IMG/VR virus record: IMGVR_UViG_3300021338_000003
Coordinates: 1-64,000 of that record
DNA: 64,000 nt
Reading direction: 5' to 3' (one strand)
This document shows, one piece after another, positions 8,388 through 18,289 of the stretch. Every line of letters begins with the position of its first letter. Position 1 is the first letter of the stretch. Position numbers and translations under genes: made by a program. The notes below the pieces were generated by a model. The model was not told where the DNA came from. It did no database searches and was given only the letters and a program-made list of their open reading frames with translations.

Positions 8388-9254
8388 GTGGCCAAGGTTA
8401 CGCTCAAATCTGCTGCCTATCTCAGGGGTGAGAAGGTGGTGTCCATCTTGGCCGTGTCCGAAGGCCAAATCCAATCCTCGCTCTTCTTCCGGCTGGGTAT
8501 GAAGTGCATGGAGAGAAAGAACGAGGATGGGGATGTTAGGGAGATTTGGTACTATGACCACCCCACCAACATCATGGCCATCCGCAATCTCAAGATGTCT
8601 TGGAAGGCCCAGGGAGTTGACCTCACTCTAGACTTGACCGATGCACTTGGTAATTCCATGGTTGACCTTTTGCATCCACGGGCGGTGAGATTCTATTCCA
8701 AGGAATTTCATCAAAAGATGGGTACTGACCCCATCTGGCAGGCACCCACTGCCGTGGACAAAATGGCAATGGGCCTCATAGCCAAGAAGCATCCACATCT
8801 GGCATCGGCTGCCGTCCTCATCCTCATTGAGGATTATGACCCCGAAAAGAAGGCAGAGCAAATCGCTCGAACAGGAAAGAAGAGCGAGGTTTGGGGATTC
8901 TGCCAGAAGATGAGCAAGACCGAGAAATCTCACACTGGGTTTGATTTCAAGATCACTCTTTGTCACGAGATTTGGCAACGGTTCGATCATGCCCACAAGC
9001 GCTATATGCTGGACCATGAGTTGATGCACTGTGGCCGAACCGAAAAGGGCAGGTGGGTATTGCTGGACCATGACGTTCAGCTCTTCAGCCAAGAGGTAGA
9101 AGAGTACAGCAACGTCATCCCTGCCCTCAATAGAGAAGTTAGCGCTCTATTGTTCAAGAAGAAGAGTGCCGACGCCGAGGGTGATACCAAGAGCGCTGAT
9201 AAGAAGGTACGGAGGCGCAAGAAGAAGCGCAAGCCCAAACCTGAATCCGACTGA
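8388..9254 (+). CDS. Phage metallopeptidase-domain protein
   Basis: DFKITL...LDHELMHCG...LLDHDVQLF (HExxH plus downstream HD); basic C-terminal tail. Confidence 0.75.
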   Translation: MAKVTLKSAAYLRGEKVVSILAVSEGQIQSSLFFRLGMKCMERKNEDGDVREIWYYDHPTNIMAIRNLKMSWKAQGVDLTLDLTDALGNSMVDLLHPRAVRFYSKEFHQKMGTDPIWQAPTAVDKMAMGLIAKKHPHLASAAVLILIEDYDPEKKAEQIARTGKKSEVWGFCQKMSKTEKSHTGFDFKITLCHEIWQRFDHAHKRYMLDHELMHCGRTEKGRWVLLDHDVQLFSQEVEEYSNVIPALNREVSALLFKKKSADAEGDTKSADKKVRRRKKKRKPKPESD

Positions 9255-9271
9255 TGCGGTAGGATTCGGAC

Positions 9272-9463
9272 ATGGCAAACAATCCTGCACTACAGGATAA
9301 GATAGAGTGGGCCCCAGACGATTGGGACTACCACTATGTGCCGTTGACTGATACCCACATCTTCGTTCATGACCTCACCGGACATTCGGTCATCATAAAC
9401 GGAGACTTCGATATAGACGAGATGAAAGAATACCTCAAGGAGTGGTCAAATGCACATTCTTGA
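9272..9463 (+). CDS. Hypothetical protein
   Basis: 63-aa ORF in the operon with an AGGA RBS. Confidence 0.55.
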   Translation: MANNPALQDKIEWAPDDWDYHYVPLTDTHIFVHDLTGHSVIINGDFDIDEMKEYLKEWSNAHS

Positions 9464-10112
9464 CTGGAGTTGGGGCCCGGACAACAAGCTCGGTCTCGGA
9501 GCAGCCCTGGGTATCGGGATGTTCGTGGGGTCGGTGGTCCTCATCATTTTGAATGAAACCACCGACATCTTCAGAAAGCCCAAACCGCCAGCCTTTCAAG
9601 GTGATTGGATTCCCGACCATCAGAACGCTTGTCATGACTACAAGGAACTCGGACTATTGCAAGAGGCCAAAATCCTCTTCGAGGAGGACCTTTCCTGGCC
9701 GATATGGCCTGACCTCGACGTAGTCACCTGTGACTACGTTCACGGGCCATCTCCTACTGGCACCATCACCTTCAGGTCCTGCAATTCTCTCCGCAGGACC
9801 CGAGATGGGGACGTTATCCCTTGCCCCATGGAGGGGCTCAAAAGGGTCCCTGGAGCTACGTACACCAATGTGGATGCCAACGGCATGGTCCGGTCCATTG
9901 ATGTGTACACCAACTTCAACGAAATCAGTATGTGCAGCCCCGCCCACGAATATGGGCATGCCAGGGGTCTACGAAAGAAGAGGGATGAGGAAGTCCCAGG
10001 CATGTACGTGATCAGCGGACACACCGAGAAGCCTGGTCACCTGATGGGCACACCATGTGGGTTCGGAACCAAGTGGCTGGACCGTGGCCCCGACGGTGAC
10101 TGGCCCTACTAG
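9450..10112 (+). CDS. Membrane-anchored metzincin-like zinc protease
   Basis: N-terminal TM helix; AHEYGHARGL...GH...LMG (HExxHxxG, displaced third His, Met-turn). Confidence 0.6.
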   Translation: MHILDWSWGPDNKLGLGAALGIGMFVGSVVLIILNETTDIFRKPKPPAFQGDWIPDHQNACHDYKELGLLQEAKILFEEDLSWPIWPDLDVVTCDYVHGPSPTGTITFRSCNSLRRTRDGDVIPCPMEGLKRVPGATYTNVDANGMVRSIDVYTNFNEISMCSPAHEYGHARGLRKKRDEEVPGMYVISGHTEKPGHLMGTPCGFGTKWLDRGPDGDWPY

Positions 10113-10534
10113 AGAAACTCGTGGTCTATGGCCCTATCCAGTTCGACCCCGCGGACAAAATCGTTCCATGGGTCCGTGGCTTCGACGAAATCGCAACGTC
10201 GATTGCCATCATGGGTCAGAGCACAATCCACTACCCGCCAAACGGGCACATTATCTGTGCCCCTTTTCATAACCCAACCAGTAGCAATCGGAAAATATTG
10301 CTGGTCTGTGAAAAGGTCTCCAGCATCAGCATGCATGAATTGAGAAGCATCGCCGGCCAGGAACCCACGGTCAGCATACAGAACCCACCGGATAACCTCA
10401 CACTCTCGAAGCATATCAGGTAGGCTGGGGTTTATCCATACCTCAATCTCAGGAGGAACATAGTTGTGAGCCCGAGTCGCACGCCAAGTGGGTCTGCACT
10501 TCCGAATAATGGGCTCTGGGTAAGAATGTTTCAC
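10109..10534 (-). CDS. Hypothetical protein
   Basis: GTG start overlaps the TGA of the upstream gene (GTGA coupling). Confidence 0.55.
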   Translation of the reverse strand: MKHSYPEPIIRKCRPTWRATRAHNYVPPEIEVWINPSLPDMLRECEVIRWVLYADRGFLAGDASQFMHADAGDLFTDQQYFPIATGWVMKRGTDNVPVWRVVDCALTHDGNRRCDFVEATDPWNDFVRGVELDRAIDHEFL

Positions 10535-11064
10535 TTCAGCGCCCCCTGCACGTCTTCCAGGGTCAGGATTGCATTGTCCGGCCCCATGGACTTGAGCTTG
10601 GACTCCCATAGGTCCCGGAGCGTTTTTGGGTCTACATCAACAGCCAGACTGGCTGCCTCCTCGGTGGAGTAGGCACCCAATACCCACGCGTGGTCACAGG
10701 CAACGAGAAAGTGACCGTTCAGCGGGTGAATGGTTACGTCTGGAACGTAACCCTCATCTTCATCCTCGATGCCCGGTGTTGTAGCGGACTTGACCACTTT
10801 GTGATAGAGGGCAGCCACCAAAGTCTCCGTCATCTCTGCGATCGGAGTCATGGGCCTGTTTGTGTTCTGGTATTGAAGGACGTACCGGACCCCCGCCTCT
10901 TCACTAACAGTACGGACCAGCCAGAACACCGATTCAACTTCGTCATTCCACCCACATACCAACACCTGGTCATCAGGACCAGGGGCGTCGACATACACGG
11001 TTATGTCATTCCAAGGGGTTTTGACGAGCCGATCCAGAAGTTCGTCTTGCAATTGCTTGTTCAT
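10531..11064 (-). CDS. Hypothetical protein
   Basis: 177-aa ORF with a GAGG RBS in the minus-strand operon. Confidence 0.6.
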   Translation of the reverse strand: MNKQLQDELLDRLVKTPWNDITVYVDAPGPDDQVLVCGWNDEVESVFWLVRTVSEEAGVRYVLQYQNTNRPMTPIAEMTETLVAALYHKVVKSATTPGIEDEDEGYVPDVTIHPLNGHFLVACDHAWVLGAYSTEEAASLAVDVDPKTLRDLWESKLKSMGPDNAILTLEDVQGALK

Positions 11065-11071
11065 TTGTACC

Positions 11072-11611
11072 TCAGTGCATCGGCCCGCTGTTGACCATGA
11101 CGAACCAGTCAGGTTTCTGGATTACCCCGGTTTCAACCAACCACGACAGGTGGTCAGCCAGTGGCACCCCTGTGGCCTTGGCTTGAAGCCGGTACAACTC
11201 CATTTGGTCGAAGGGGACCATGACGAACTCCCCTCTATGGACCATGGCTACCATCTTAGCCAGAGACATACAATCATCCTCGGTGAAAGTTGCCTCAATA
11301 TGAACCTTCACCAACCGGGACCATTCATCCCGGAGGTCCACGGGCGGGGTCCACCAAGAATGGAGAATCCACCTCAGGGCGATACCATACCCCTCCCAGG
11401 TAGAGAGGTCCATGACCAAGGTGTCAGCCGGTGTTTTGTACGAATAGTCCTCACCGAGCGGGAAGTAGAGAGGATCCTCAGTGACAGCCCTATCCCAAGG
11501 GAGGTGCACAATACCACGAGTAGGGTGCTCTGTACACATGTGAATCACATGTTGACCATGGGAGAACACAAGACCCCGAGGGAGTTCGTATGCCCAATCG
11601 GGAATTCTCAT
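11072..11611 (-). CDS. Hypothetical protein
   Basis: 179-aa ORF with an ATGA overlap with the SbcC-like gene. Confidence 0.6.
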   Translation of the reverse strand: MRIPDWAYELPRGLVFSHGQHVIHMCTEHPTRGIVHLPWDRAVTEDPLYFPLGEDYSYKTPADTLVMDLSTWEGYGIALRWILHSWWTPPVDLRDEWSRLVKVHIEATFTEDDCMSLAKMVAMVHRGEFVMVPFDQMELYRLQAKATGVPLADHLSWLVETGVIQKPDWFVMVNSGPMH

Positions 11612-13677
11612 CTCTTCCTCCTCTTGATTTGGCTGAAGACTTCAGGTCTGCTGACGGTATACTCGCGGTCAAAACCCTCAAACGACTTGATAGCCGGAGT
11701 GTGGGTGATGGCGAAGATGGTCTCGTATTCACTCTTAAGATCGGCCAGGACCTCAACCAGCTCCTCTGGACGGTCGAGACCACCATCGAATTCATCAAGG
11801 AACAGGAGGTTGGTCTTAACCCGCCGAATGTCCCGCTCAGTGAGAAGAAGAGCAATAGACAGCCGCTTTTTCTCACCCTTACTCAACACCCGGACATCAC
11901 TGTTAACACCTTCCACCTTGTCGTGGCACATGAACGCCGTCTTCTTCTCGTTGTCCACTAGGCTGAAAGTATACCGAGGTAGAAGAGTATTGGCATAATG
12001 GTCGAGGTGCTCGGCAATCAATGCCAGAATCTCTCGTACCCGGTCCCGGCGAAGACCTTGTCGACCGAAAGCAGATACCAAGCCCTCGAAGATTTCCAGT
12101 TCTTCGGCTATGGGCTTACCCTTCTCCACCAAGCCTTCAACACGTTCAATGGATTCCTTAATACGGGCTTCCTTCTGGATGTGAGCCCTGACCTTTTCTA
12201 CCTCCTCAGTCAGCACTCGCTCCTTCCGTCTGCATTTCTCCAAGCGGGCCTTCCACTGCTTCAGTTCTACTTGGGTTTTGCGTGGGTCACCCTTGGCCAG
12301 CCCTTGGAGTTTCTTTTCTTGTTCGGCATTCTTCTTGGCCCGCACAATCCGATTGTGGAGAGCAGTGTCCTTCTCATACAGGACATCCTTTTCTCTCTCT
12401 AGTCTCTCTAGAACCCCCGGTGGTCTTGAAGGAAGGGCAGCCTTGGCCTCCCGAACCACCTCACGAAGCCCTCTGGCTTCATCAAAGACCTCAAGGATGT
12501 CTTCCAAGGTCTCAATCTTCTTCTGATATATCCGAGAGCGCTTCGTAAGAATAGCCAGTCTGGATTCGTAATTCCCCTGGTGGATATGGTCCAATCCCTG
12601 TTCGCAAGTGGGGCATGTGTCCTGCCCCTCAAGCCGTTCCATCAAAGAAATCTCTGCTTCAACCTCGGCGAGATTTTTCCGAGTGACCTTGACCCTTGCC
12701 CGGCATTTCTTTTCGTCATGGCTACTAACCTCTGACAATGCTTCTTTCAGGTCAACAACCGCTTTCTCATGGCGTTTTTTGTGGGCATAATAGGAGTCAT
12801 GGATGTCAAGCTTGTCATCGATTTGGTCCATCTTATCCCGAATCTTGGTTTGACGAGCCCGAAGAACCTCAAGGGACTCCTTCTCCTTTCCCTGCGCTAG
12901 AGTCATTTGAATGTTCTGCCTGGTCCTCTGCTCGGCCAAGAGTTTAACCAAATTGACGACCAAACGGTCAGCTTTGTCAACCTTTTTCCTGACGGCATCT
13001 CTGGCGGATTTCTTCCTCTTCAACTCGGAGTAATCGACTGGCTTGAGATTGCGGAGGTCTTCACGAAGAAGCTTCAACCGAACTTCATTTTCTTTGTGTT
13101 CCTCCATCAAACCCCGAATAGCCTTGAGCCTCTTTTGGGCCGCATCGTGATACTCCCCATACTCAAGGTCAAAAGTTTGGGATACGTAATCAGTCCGGCT
13201 GGCATCCGTCCCATCAATGAGAGGGTGAATTGACTCCGACCCCAAAGACACCACAGCCCGGAACTCGGCATAGGACATACCCAAAAGGTCGGATGCCATT
13301 TTCTGGGCCTGCACCGGCTTCTTAACCGGCGTGATGGGCTCCTCTTCTTCCCCCCTCCAGATTCGAATGCCCGTAGGCTCCCCTGGCACCTTTCGGCAGC
13401 ACATAACCACATATGGGACCCACTCGTCGCCCTCCTGGCGCTCAAGCTCCACCATACCCATGAAGTCTTTGCCGACGGTCCTAGAAATGACGTCGTTGTT
13501 CTTCCCGGATTTCTCACTCTGATTGTAGAAAATCAGCGATAGAAGCTCGGGGATGTTGGACTTCCCGGTTCCATTCTTTCCCTGAACCAGGACAAGACCT
13601 CGGTTCTCCAACCGCAGGAACAGCTCCTTCCAAGTGAGCCCATGGCGAACCTTCAAGCTCTTCAGACGAATTTGCAA
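11608..13677 (-). CDS. sbcC: SbcC/Rad50/gp46-like ABC ATPase recombination nuclease subunit
   Basis: Walker A GKNGTGKS, long coiled coils with a CPTC zinc hook, signature LSKGE, Walker B LFLDE and H-loop ITH. Confidence 0.92.
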   Translation of the reverse strand: MQIRLKSLKVRHGLTWKELFLRLENRGLVLVQGKNGTGKSNIPELLSLIFYNQSEKSGKNNDVISRTVGKDFMGMVELERQEGDEWVPYVVMCCRKVPGEPTGIRIWRGEEEEPITPVKKPVQAQKMASDLLGMSYAEFRAVVSLGSESIHPLIDGTDASRTDYVSQTFDLEYGEYHDAAQKRLKAIRGLMEEHKENEVRLKLLREDLRNLKPVDYSELKRKKSARDAVRKKVDKADRLVVNLVKLLAEQRTRQNIQMTLAQGKEKESLEVLRARQTKIRDKMDQIDDKLDIHDSYYAHKKRHEKAVVDLKEALSEVSSHDEKKCRARVKVTRKNLAEVEAEISLMERLEGQDTCPTCEQGLDHIHQGNYESRLAILTKRSRIYQKKIETLEDILEVFDEARGLREVVREAKAALPSRPPGVLERLEREKDVLYEKDTALHNRIVRAKKNAEQEKKLQGLAKGDPRKTQVELKQWKARLEKCRRKERVLTEEVEKVRAHIQKEARIKESIERVEGLVEKGKPIAEELEIFEGLVSAFGRQGLRRDRVREILALIAEHLDHYANTLLPRYTFSLVDNEKKTAFMCHDKVEGVNSDVRVLSKGEKKRLSIALLLTERDIRRVKTNLLFLDEFDGGLDRPEELVEVLADLKSEYETIFAITHTPAIKSFEGFDREYTVSRPEVFSQIKRRKR

Positions 13678-13680
13678 GGT

Positions 13681-13932
13681 TCAGTCCTTGTAGTCAGTGG
13701 GCAGCGGGCCATCAGAGGGAAAGTCTTCACCCGGAAAGCTCTCCGGACCGGCAGGCTCCAGAACATCCCTAATAATTTCAGACAGTGTCTCGGCCACTTC
13801 CAGGGGCGGTTCCTGAAGTTCTGCATCGAACGCGACCGAGGGTACAACATCCATCAAGCAACACCCGCCGGCTGAACAACCTCGGGGGTTGCAACAATCG
13901 GTACCTGTCTTCGCACAAGTGAAAGACACCAC
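13681..13932 (-). CDS. Small Cys-rich hypothetical protein
   Basis: 83 aa, coupled to the dnaX stop; N-terminal CAKTGTDCCNPRGCSAGGCC. Confidence 0.45.
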   Translation of the reverse strand: MVSFTCAKTGTDCCNPRGCSAGGCCLMDVVPSVAFDAELQEPPLEVAETLSEIIRDVLEPAGPESFPGEDFPSDGPLPTDYKD

Positions 13933-15062
13933 TACTCCCCATGCAGGCGATTGACAGCATAGGAAGCGAAGGACACCAACTCCAAAGTGCTATCCCCCGT
14001 GAAGTCCTTGGCTCGCTGTAGAGTAGCATCCAAAAGCATGCCAGTGTGGCCCACATGCGTCGTGTTGCACCGAACGTTCTTAACCTTCTTGGTCCACCAA
14101 GCATGGGACTTCGGCACCAGGTCGGGTGCGTGCAACGACACTACCCAGTGGGACCAGTGGCGGACTACAAACCCCAAGAAGATGGAGGCTGGGACGTCCA
14201 CTGCATATGCCGCGGCATACGCACCCTCAAGATTGCCCCGGATAATGGCCTCGGTGTACTTCATGGAAGCCTGATAGGGATTCGCCGCCTCGTTGGAATC
14301 CATGATGCCCAACATCATGTTCTCGATGTCATCAGAGGACAAAGAGCCCTTGCTGGTCACCAAAGCCATCACCTTGTCCAGCATGCCAATGGCATTGCGC
14401 GGATGACCATCGGAAATCTCGGCGATGCGAATCAGGACCTTCTTAGGGACCTTAACCCTTTCCCTTTTGCATATGGCATACAACCTTTTGGCCAGGGTCT
14501 CGGCCTCTACTCTGCGGAACGTGAGGTGACCGGCTGAACATCGACCAACAATCGCCTTCTTAAGCTTACCCGGGTCCGTGGTGCAGAAGATCCATATAGT
14601 GTTGGGCGGAGGATTCTCAATGGGAATCAGCAAAGCTTCCTGTCCCTCCTTGATGATGCCCTGGGGCTCGTCAAGAAGAAACACCCTTTTGTGACCTCTC
14701 ATGGGGGCATACTTCGATTTGCGGATCAGACTCCGCATATTATCAAGCTTCCGATGATTTGAGGCATTAACCTCTAGGTGAGAGGGGTGATCCGGGGGGT
14801 CCTGTAGCATCCCAAGGCATGATTCACACTCCCCACAAGGATCGATACCATCAGGGGACTTGCAATTGACTCGCATCGAGATCCAACGAGCCATGGACGT
14901 CTTGCCACACCCTGTTGGACCCTCCAGCAGCCAGGCATGCGGCATCTTATCAACACCCCGCTCCACGATGCCCCGGACCATATCAATGGTCGCCTCATTG
15001 CCTGCGAACTCGCGCAGCTTGCGGGGCCTACTGGTGTGGGTCAGGTTATCCAACTGGGACAT
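13932..15062 (-). CDS. dnaX: DNA polymerase III gamma/tau-like clamp loader subunit
   Basis: Start ATG 15062 (GGAGG RBS). RP..L.EFAGNE, GPTGCGKT, zinc module NC...PCGECESC, VFLLDE, GRC arginine finger and GHPRNA. Confidence 0.92.
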   Translation of the reverse strand: MSQLDNLTHTSRPRKLREFAGNEATIDMVRGIVERGVDKMPHAWLLEGPTGCGKTSMARWISMRVNCKSPDGIDPCGECESCLGMLQDPPDHPSHLEVNASNHRKLDNMRSLIRKSKYAPMRGHKRVFLLDEPQGIIKEGQEALLIPIENPPPNTIWIFCTTDPGKLKKAIVGRCSAGHLTFRRVEAETLAKRLYAICKRERVKVPKKVLIRIAEISDGHPRNAIGMLDKVMALVTSKGSLSSDDIENMMLGIMDSNEAANPYQASMKYTEAIIRGNLEGAYAAAYAVDVPASIFLGFVVRHWSHWVVSLHAPDLVPKSHAWWTKKVKNVRCNTTHVGHTGMLLDATLQRAKDFTGDSTLELVSFASYAVNRLHGE

Positions 15063-15117
15063 ACAACCTCCGTTGACAGCGTTTAAATCGTTGTTATCCG
15101 TTACTGTGAGGTTTTCT

Positions 15118-15987
15118 ATGTCTGAAATGCCCAAGAGGCGTATTCTAGGTCTGGCGTTCATCAGCCCCGCTATGGCTATCGTCATGGCAATGGCGGATCA
15201 CCGCCTGAATGCCATGCTCGTCAATGACGACACCTCCGTGTCTGACGTACGAGAGTTCATCAAGGCCCAGCGTTCCGGAATGAAAAGAGAGAAGACCCTG
15301 GTGGTATCCGGAATCCGGAACCTCAGGAAGCTTGGCCCTAAGCCCCAGCTCGTCCACGTCGTGGTGTGCGATATCCCAGCTATCTTGGGCGAACTCCCCG
15401 AGGTGAAGGTAGGTGACGGTCGTCTGGTGGATGGGAGGTGGAAGCTCGAAAGTCTCACTCCGGCGGAACTTGTCAATCGTATCCGTTGGTCCAAGTATTC
15501 GGTGACTATCCACCCCAAAAAGGTAGCCGCTATCCGGGCATCTCACATCCGAGTTCTGCCTGACCACTCCAAAAAGTTCGACCCTCTGGCCGCTCTCGAC
15601 GAGATTCTGTCCGACCTGAAGGAGGACTTCCGCCCCGATTTCGAGAGCGGTATGTACAAATTCCTTGGTGGTTTCTCAAAGCGCCGGGACTTCACTTCCC
15701 TTCGGGTTAAGGCCGCAGCACGGTTCACAGGACCAGATAGCACTGAAGCGTTGCAGCAATTCAAGAAGAAGTGCTCAACGCTTCAGAAATGGATTGAGGA
15801 CCCAGAAAAGGGTCGGTCGGTTACGGCTGCCTACCAAATTTGCTGCCGCAAACCATCCATCAAGGTAGTGGCCGCGGCAGAAAGGACAAACGCCAGTCTT
15901 GAGGTGCTGACCCGCCTCATCCGGGCAATCCCTCCTAGTAAGAAGGTCGATTTTCCCGGCTACAAGGCAGACCTCAAGAAGGTTTGA
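15118..15987 (+). CDS. Hypothetical protein, possibly a degenerate clamp-loader accessory (delta-like) subunit
   Basis: Divergent from dnaX. DDTSVSDVREFIK...KTLVVSG weakly resembles an AAA+ clamp-loader segment; no P-loop. Confidence 0.5.
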   Translation: MSEMPKRRILGLAFISPAMAIVMAMADHRLNAMLVNDDTSVSDVREFIKAQRSGMKREKTLVVSGIRNLRKLGPKPQLVHVVVCDIPAILGELPEVKVGDGRLVDGRWKLESLTPAELVNRIRWSKYSVTIHPKKVAAIRASHIRVLPDHSKKFDPLAALDEILSDLKEDFRPDFESGMYKFLGGFSKRRDFTSLRVKAAARFTGPDSTEALQQFKKKCSTLQKWIEDPEKGRSVTAAYQICCRKPSIKVVAAAERTNASLEVLTRLIRAIPPSKKVDFPGYKADLKKV

Positions 15988-15990
15988 CCT

Positions 15991-16401
15991 CTATCCCGGG
16001 CGGGCAATCAACCCACTGTCGGGTTGAACCCACCCATGCTTCTCATCGTTCCACTCAAGACTCAGTTCACCCCGTGTGCGAGACTCGACCTTGAGCTTGC
16101 GATTGGTCTTGCTGACGTCTAGAACGTGGACCCGAAGGCGAATACGTCTCCCTTCAAAAACACCCTGAAGAAGTAGAGAGTCTGGTGGCTTTGGAACCCC
16201 CTTCGTCTCTTGCTTGCCATACACAGTGCCCAAGTTGCCTTGCCACCTGGCGATCTTGCCTTCCTCTACCAAAGCCTCAAGATGTTTGAGGGCAGTAGGA
16301 GTAGAACACTCTGCCTTGCGGGCGACAACAGTTGTACCACCAGACTCTTCGAGCACGGCAGATAGAACACGGTTACGAATATCAGGATTGAAAGAAGCCA
16401 T
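15991..16401 (-). CDS. Winged helix-turn-helix DNA-binding protein
   Basis: RNRVLSAV...TTVVARKAECSTPTALKHLEALVEEGKI; GGAG RBS before ATG 16401. Confidence 0.7.
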   Translation of the reverse strand: MASFNPDIRNRVLSAVLEESGGTTVVARKAECSTPTALKHLEALVEEGKIARWQGNLGTVYGKQETKGVPKPPDSLLLQGVFEGRRIRLRVHVLDVSKTNRKLKVESRTRGELSLEWNDEKHGWVQPDSGLIARPG

Positions 16402-16429
16402 TTCTCCACTCTCTTCAGGTCCCACTTCC

Positions 16430-17092
16430 TTACTCCTCCACGTCCAGCTCGGTAGTCAATGACCCACCGCTCCCCAGACCAGCCCAATCCATACCCAGAA
16501 TGTCCGGGCACTCATGGTCGCAAAGCTCATGAACAAGCTTTGCAAGGTCCTCCAGGGGGCCATGGAAGTTGAACTTGTAGAAGTTTCCCTTGGTACAATC
16601 GGGAGCGACTGCGGAAGCTCCAGGTTCGACCTCAATCTCAAGGGGTTCTTCTCCACCTGGGACACGGAAGGATGCGAAGTACACGTTCCTCCCAGCCTCT
16701 TGGCGGCGAATGTGGCGTCGAGCTTCATCGATGGCCTTCACCACCCCCTCGTCATCGAGGCTGGCCAGGACCCACACCTTGGACCCCATATACATATACT
16801 TCGACGCATCCACAGAAAGGTCGTCGGTGACAATCCACGACTTGGGCGGTTCTGCCTCCTCCAAAGCAGCCCTCTTCATATCCCGGGCACGTTGCACCAG
16901 GGCCTTGATCCTGTCGGAGGACACCCTGTAGAATCCATCACACACCTTCTCGGCGTCGCGCCCGGCCAGGCGATAGAGCCTGGCCAAAGTGGACCCAGGA
17001 AACGTAGCCCTCGGAGCCTCACTATGATTCGAACAATACTCTAGAAAGAAGTCATCAGTCCAGGTACTCATGTCAGTGGAATCGAAATTCAT
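16430..17092 (-). CDS. Hypothetical protein
   Basis: 220-aa ORF with an ATGA overlap with the DUF2786 gene. Confidence 0.6.
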   Translation of the reverse strand: MNFDSTDMSTWTDDFFLEYCSNHSEAPRATFPGSTLARLYRLAGRDAEKVCDGFYRVSSDRIKALVQRARDMKRAALEEAEPPKSWIVTDDLSVDASKYMYMGSKVWVLASLDDEGVVKAIDEARRHIRRQEAGRNVYFASFRVPGGEEPLEIEVEPGASAVAPDCTKGNFYKFNFHGPLEDLAKLVHELCDHECPDILGMDWAGLGSGGSLTTELDVEE

Positions 17093-17832
17093 CGCACACC
17101 TCCCTCGATTCTCTTCGTTTCCTTGATTTCGTCCTTCTTGGGCCCCTCCACACCCTTGTGGAGCTTGATATCCAGACCGGCCTTGTAGCCATCCCGGTTG
17201 AAGTCACTCTTGGACCCACCCTTGTACTTTCCGATCTTGGGGCAACGAGCCAACATGAACTCGTCGGACTTCTGGGCCCGAGACAGCACCAACGCAGTGC
17301 CCTGGGGGTCCTCGGCCTTGCCGGCGTCACGAATCTCTTGAAGCTTGACCGACAGGCCCCACACCGCAGACTCACGGTAGGACTGACAGTCACCATAGAG
17401 GTTGCGAAGGCCACGAGCAGTCCGCTCCTTCTTCCACTTCTTGAGGGCCTGCTGGATCTGACGTTCGCAGATATCGTAGAGGTAGTGCAGAATTTCAATA
17501 TCGGTCTTGTGACCAAAGAGCCGGGCGACGGCCTTGTTGGAGCCCTTGCCGGGGGTCTTGACCTTCATACGGAGGGCCTTGACGTTGCAGTGGTTGGCCA
17601 GAGCCCACACCAGCTTCATACGCCAAGTGACGCGACCAACATCCAGGCGGTCCTCAACGAGAGGGTCGGCTTCGAGGCTCACATCATTGATCTCCGACAT
17701 GGAGATGGCATGCTCCCGCATCATCTTGGCGGCGAGCTTGGCGGCGAGTTCCCCCTCGGGGGTACCAGCCTGGTCGTCGGCCAGGGCCATCATCTTCTTG
17801 AGCTTCTTCACGATCGGATTGATGTTAGTCAT
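17089..17832 (-). CDS. DUF2786 domain protein
   Basis: KKLKKMMALA...TPEGELAAKLAAKMMREHAIS; start ATG 17832 after AGGAGG. Confidence 0.8.
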   Translation of the reverse strand: MTNINPIVKKLKKMMALADDQAGTPEGELAAKLAAKMMREHAISMSEINDVSLEADPLVEDRLDVGRVTWRMKLVWALANHCNVKALRMKVKTPGKGSNKAVARLFGHKTDIEILHYLYDICERQIQQALKKWKKERTARGLRNLYGDCQSYRESAVWGLSVKLQEIRDAGKAEDPQGTALVLSRAQKSDEFMLARCPKIGKYKGGSKSDFNRDGYKAGLDIKLHKGVEGPKKDEIKETKRIEGGVR

Positions 17833-17855
17833 CAGGTTGCCTCCTTGACACAAGT

Positions 17856-17884
17856 ATTATAACACGGCATGATATACCTGTCAA
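17856..17884 (-). promoter_or_regulatory. Perfect-consensus sigma70 promoter with extended -10
   Basis: Minus strand reads TTGACA-ggtatatcatgccgTGt(17)-TATAAT, just upstream of the DUF2786 RBS. Confidence 0.88.
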
Positions 17885-17909
17885 GCAGGTCCTTCTGGGA
17901 GGATCCCAA

Positions 17910-18224
17910 ATGGAATTCGATTTGTATAGTGTTCTTGTTGCTGCCCTTACCTGGGTACTCACTCTTGGCGCCGGAAAGGTTATAGACCTTTCCAAGTACC
18001 CTCGTATGCGTCATATCCTACCCCTTGTGGCTATGGTCCTGGCTACTGGTCTTCAGTCTGCATTGGCTGTATGGCAGGGTGCCGATGCTTTCAGCGCCGA
18101 GGTGTTGTTGACGGGTCTATCCACTGGGGCTGTGGCTATCGCGAGTCATAGTCAAGGCCGGGAGATCTTGAAGCTCATCGCCGAGCTTGGGAAGCCTCTT
18201 CCTGAAGAGAATCCGACCGAGTGA
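17910..18224 (+). CDS. Putative holin (three TM helices)
   Basis: 104 aa with three hydrophobic segments, GLSTGAVAIASH and a charged C-terminus. Confidence 0.55.
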   Translation: MEFDLYSVLVAALTWVLTLGAGKVIDLSKYPRMRHILPLVAMVLATGLQSALAVWQGADAFSAEVLLTGLSTGAVAIASHSQGREILKLIAELGKPLPEENPTE

Positions 18225-18237
18225 TGGTGATTGCGAC

Positions 18238-18266
18238 TTGTGCTTCCTAGGATGCCATGTTAAAAT
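18238..18266 (+). promoter_or_regulatory. sigma70-type promoter
   Basis: TTGTGC-17-TAAAAT; spacer ends in TGCCATGT; upstream of AGGAGG and the 18290 ORF. Confidence 0.7.
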
Positions 18267-18289
18267 GGTTGTGTACCTAGGAGGCACAA

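Noticed and set aside
11003-11998. 331-aa plus-strand ORF
   Set aside because: It is an antisense shadow of the sbcC operon.
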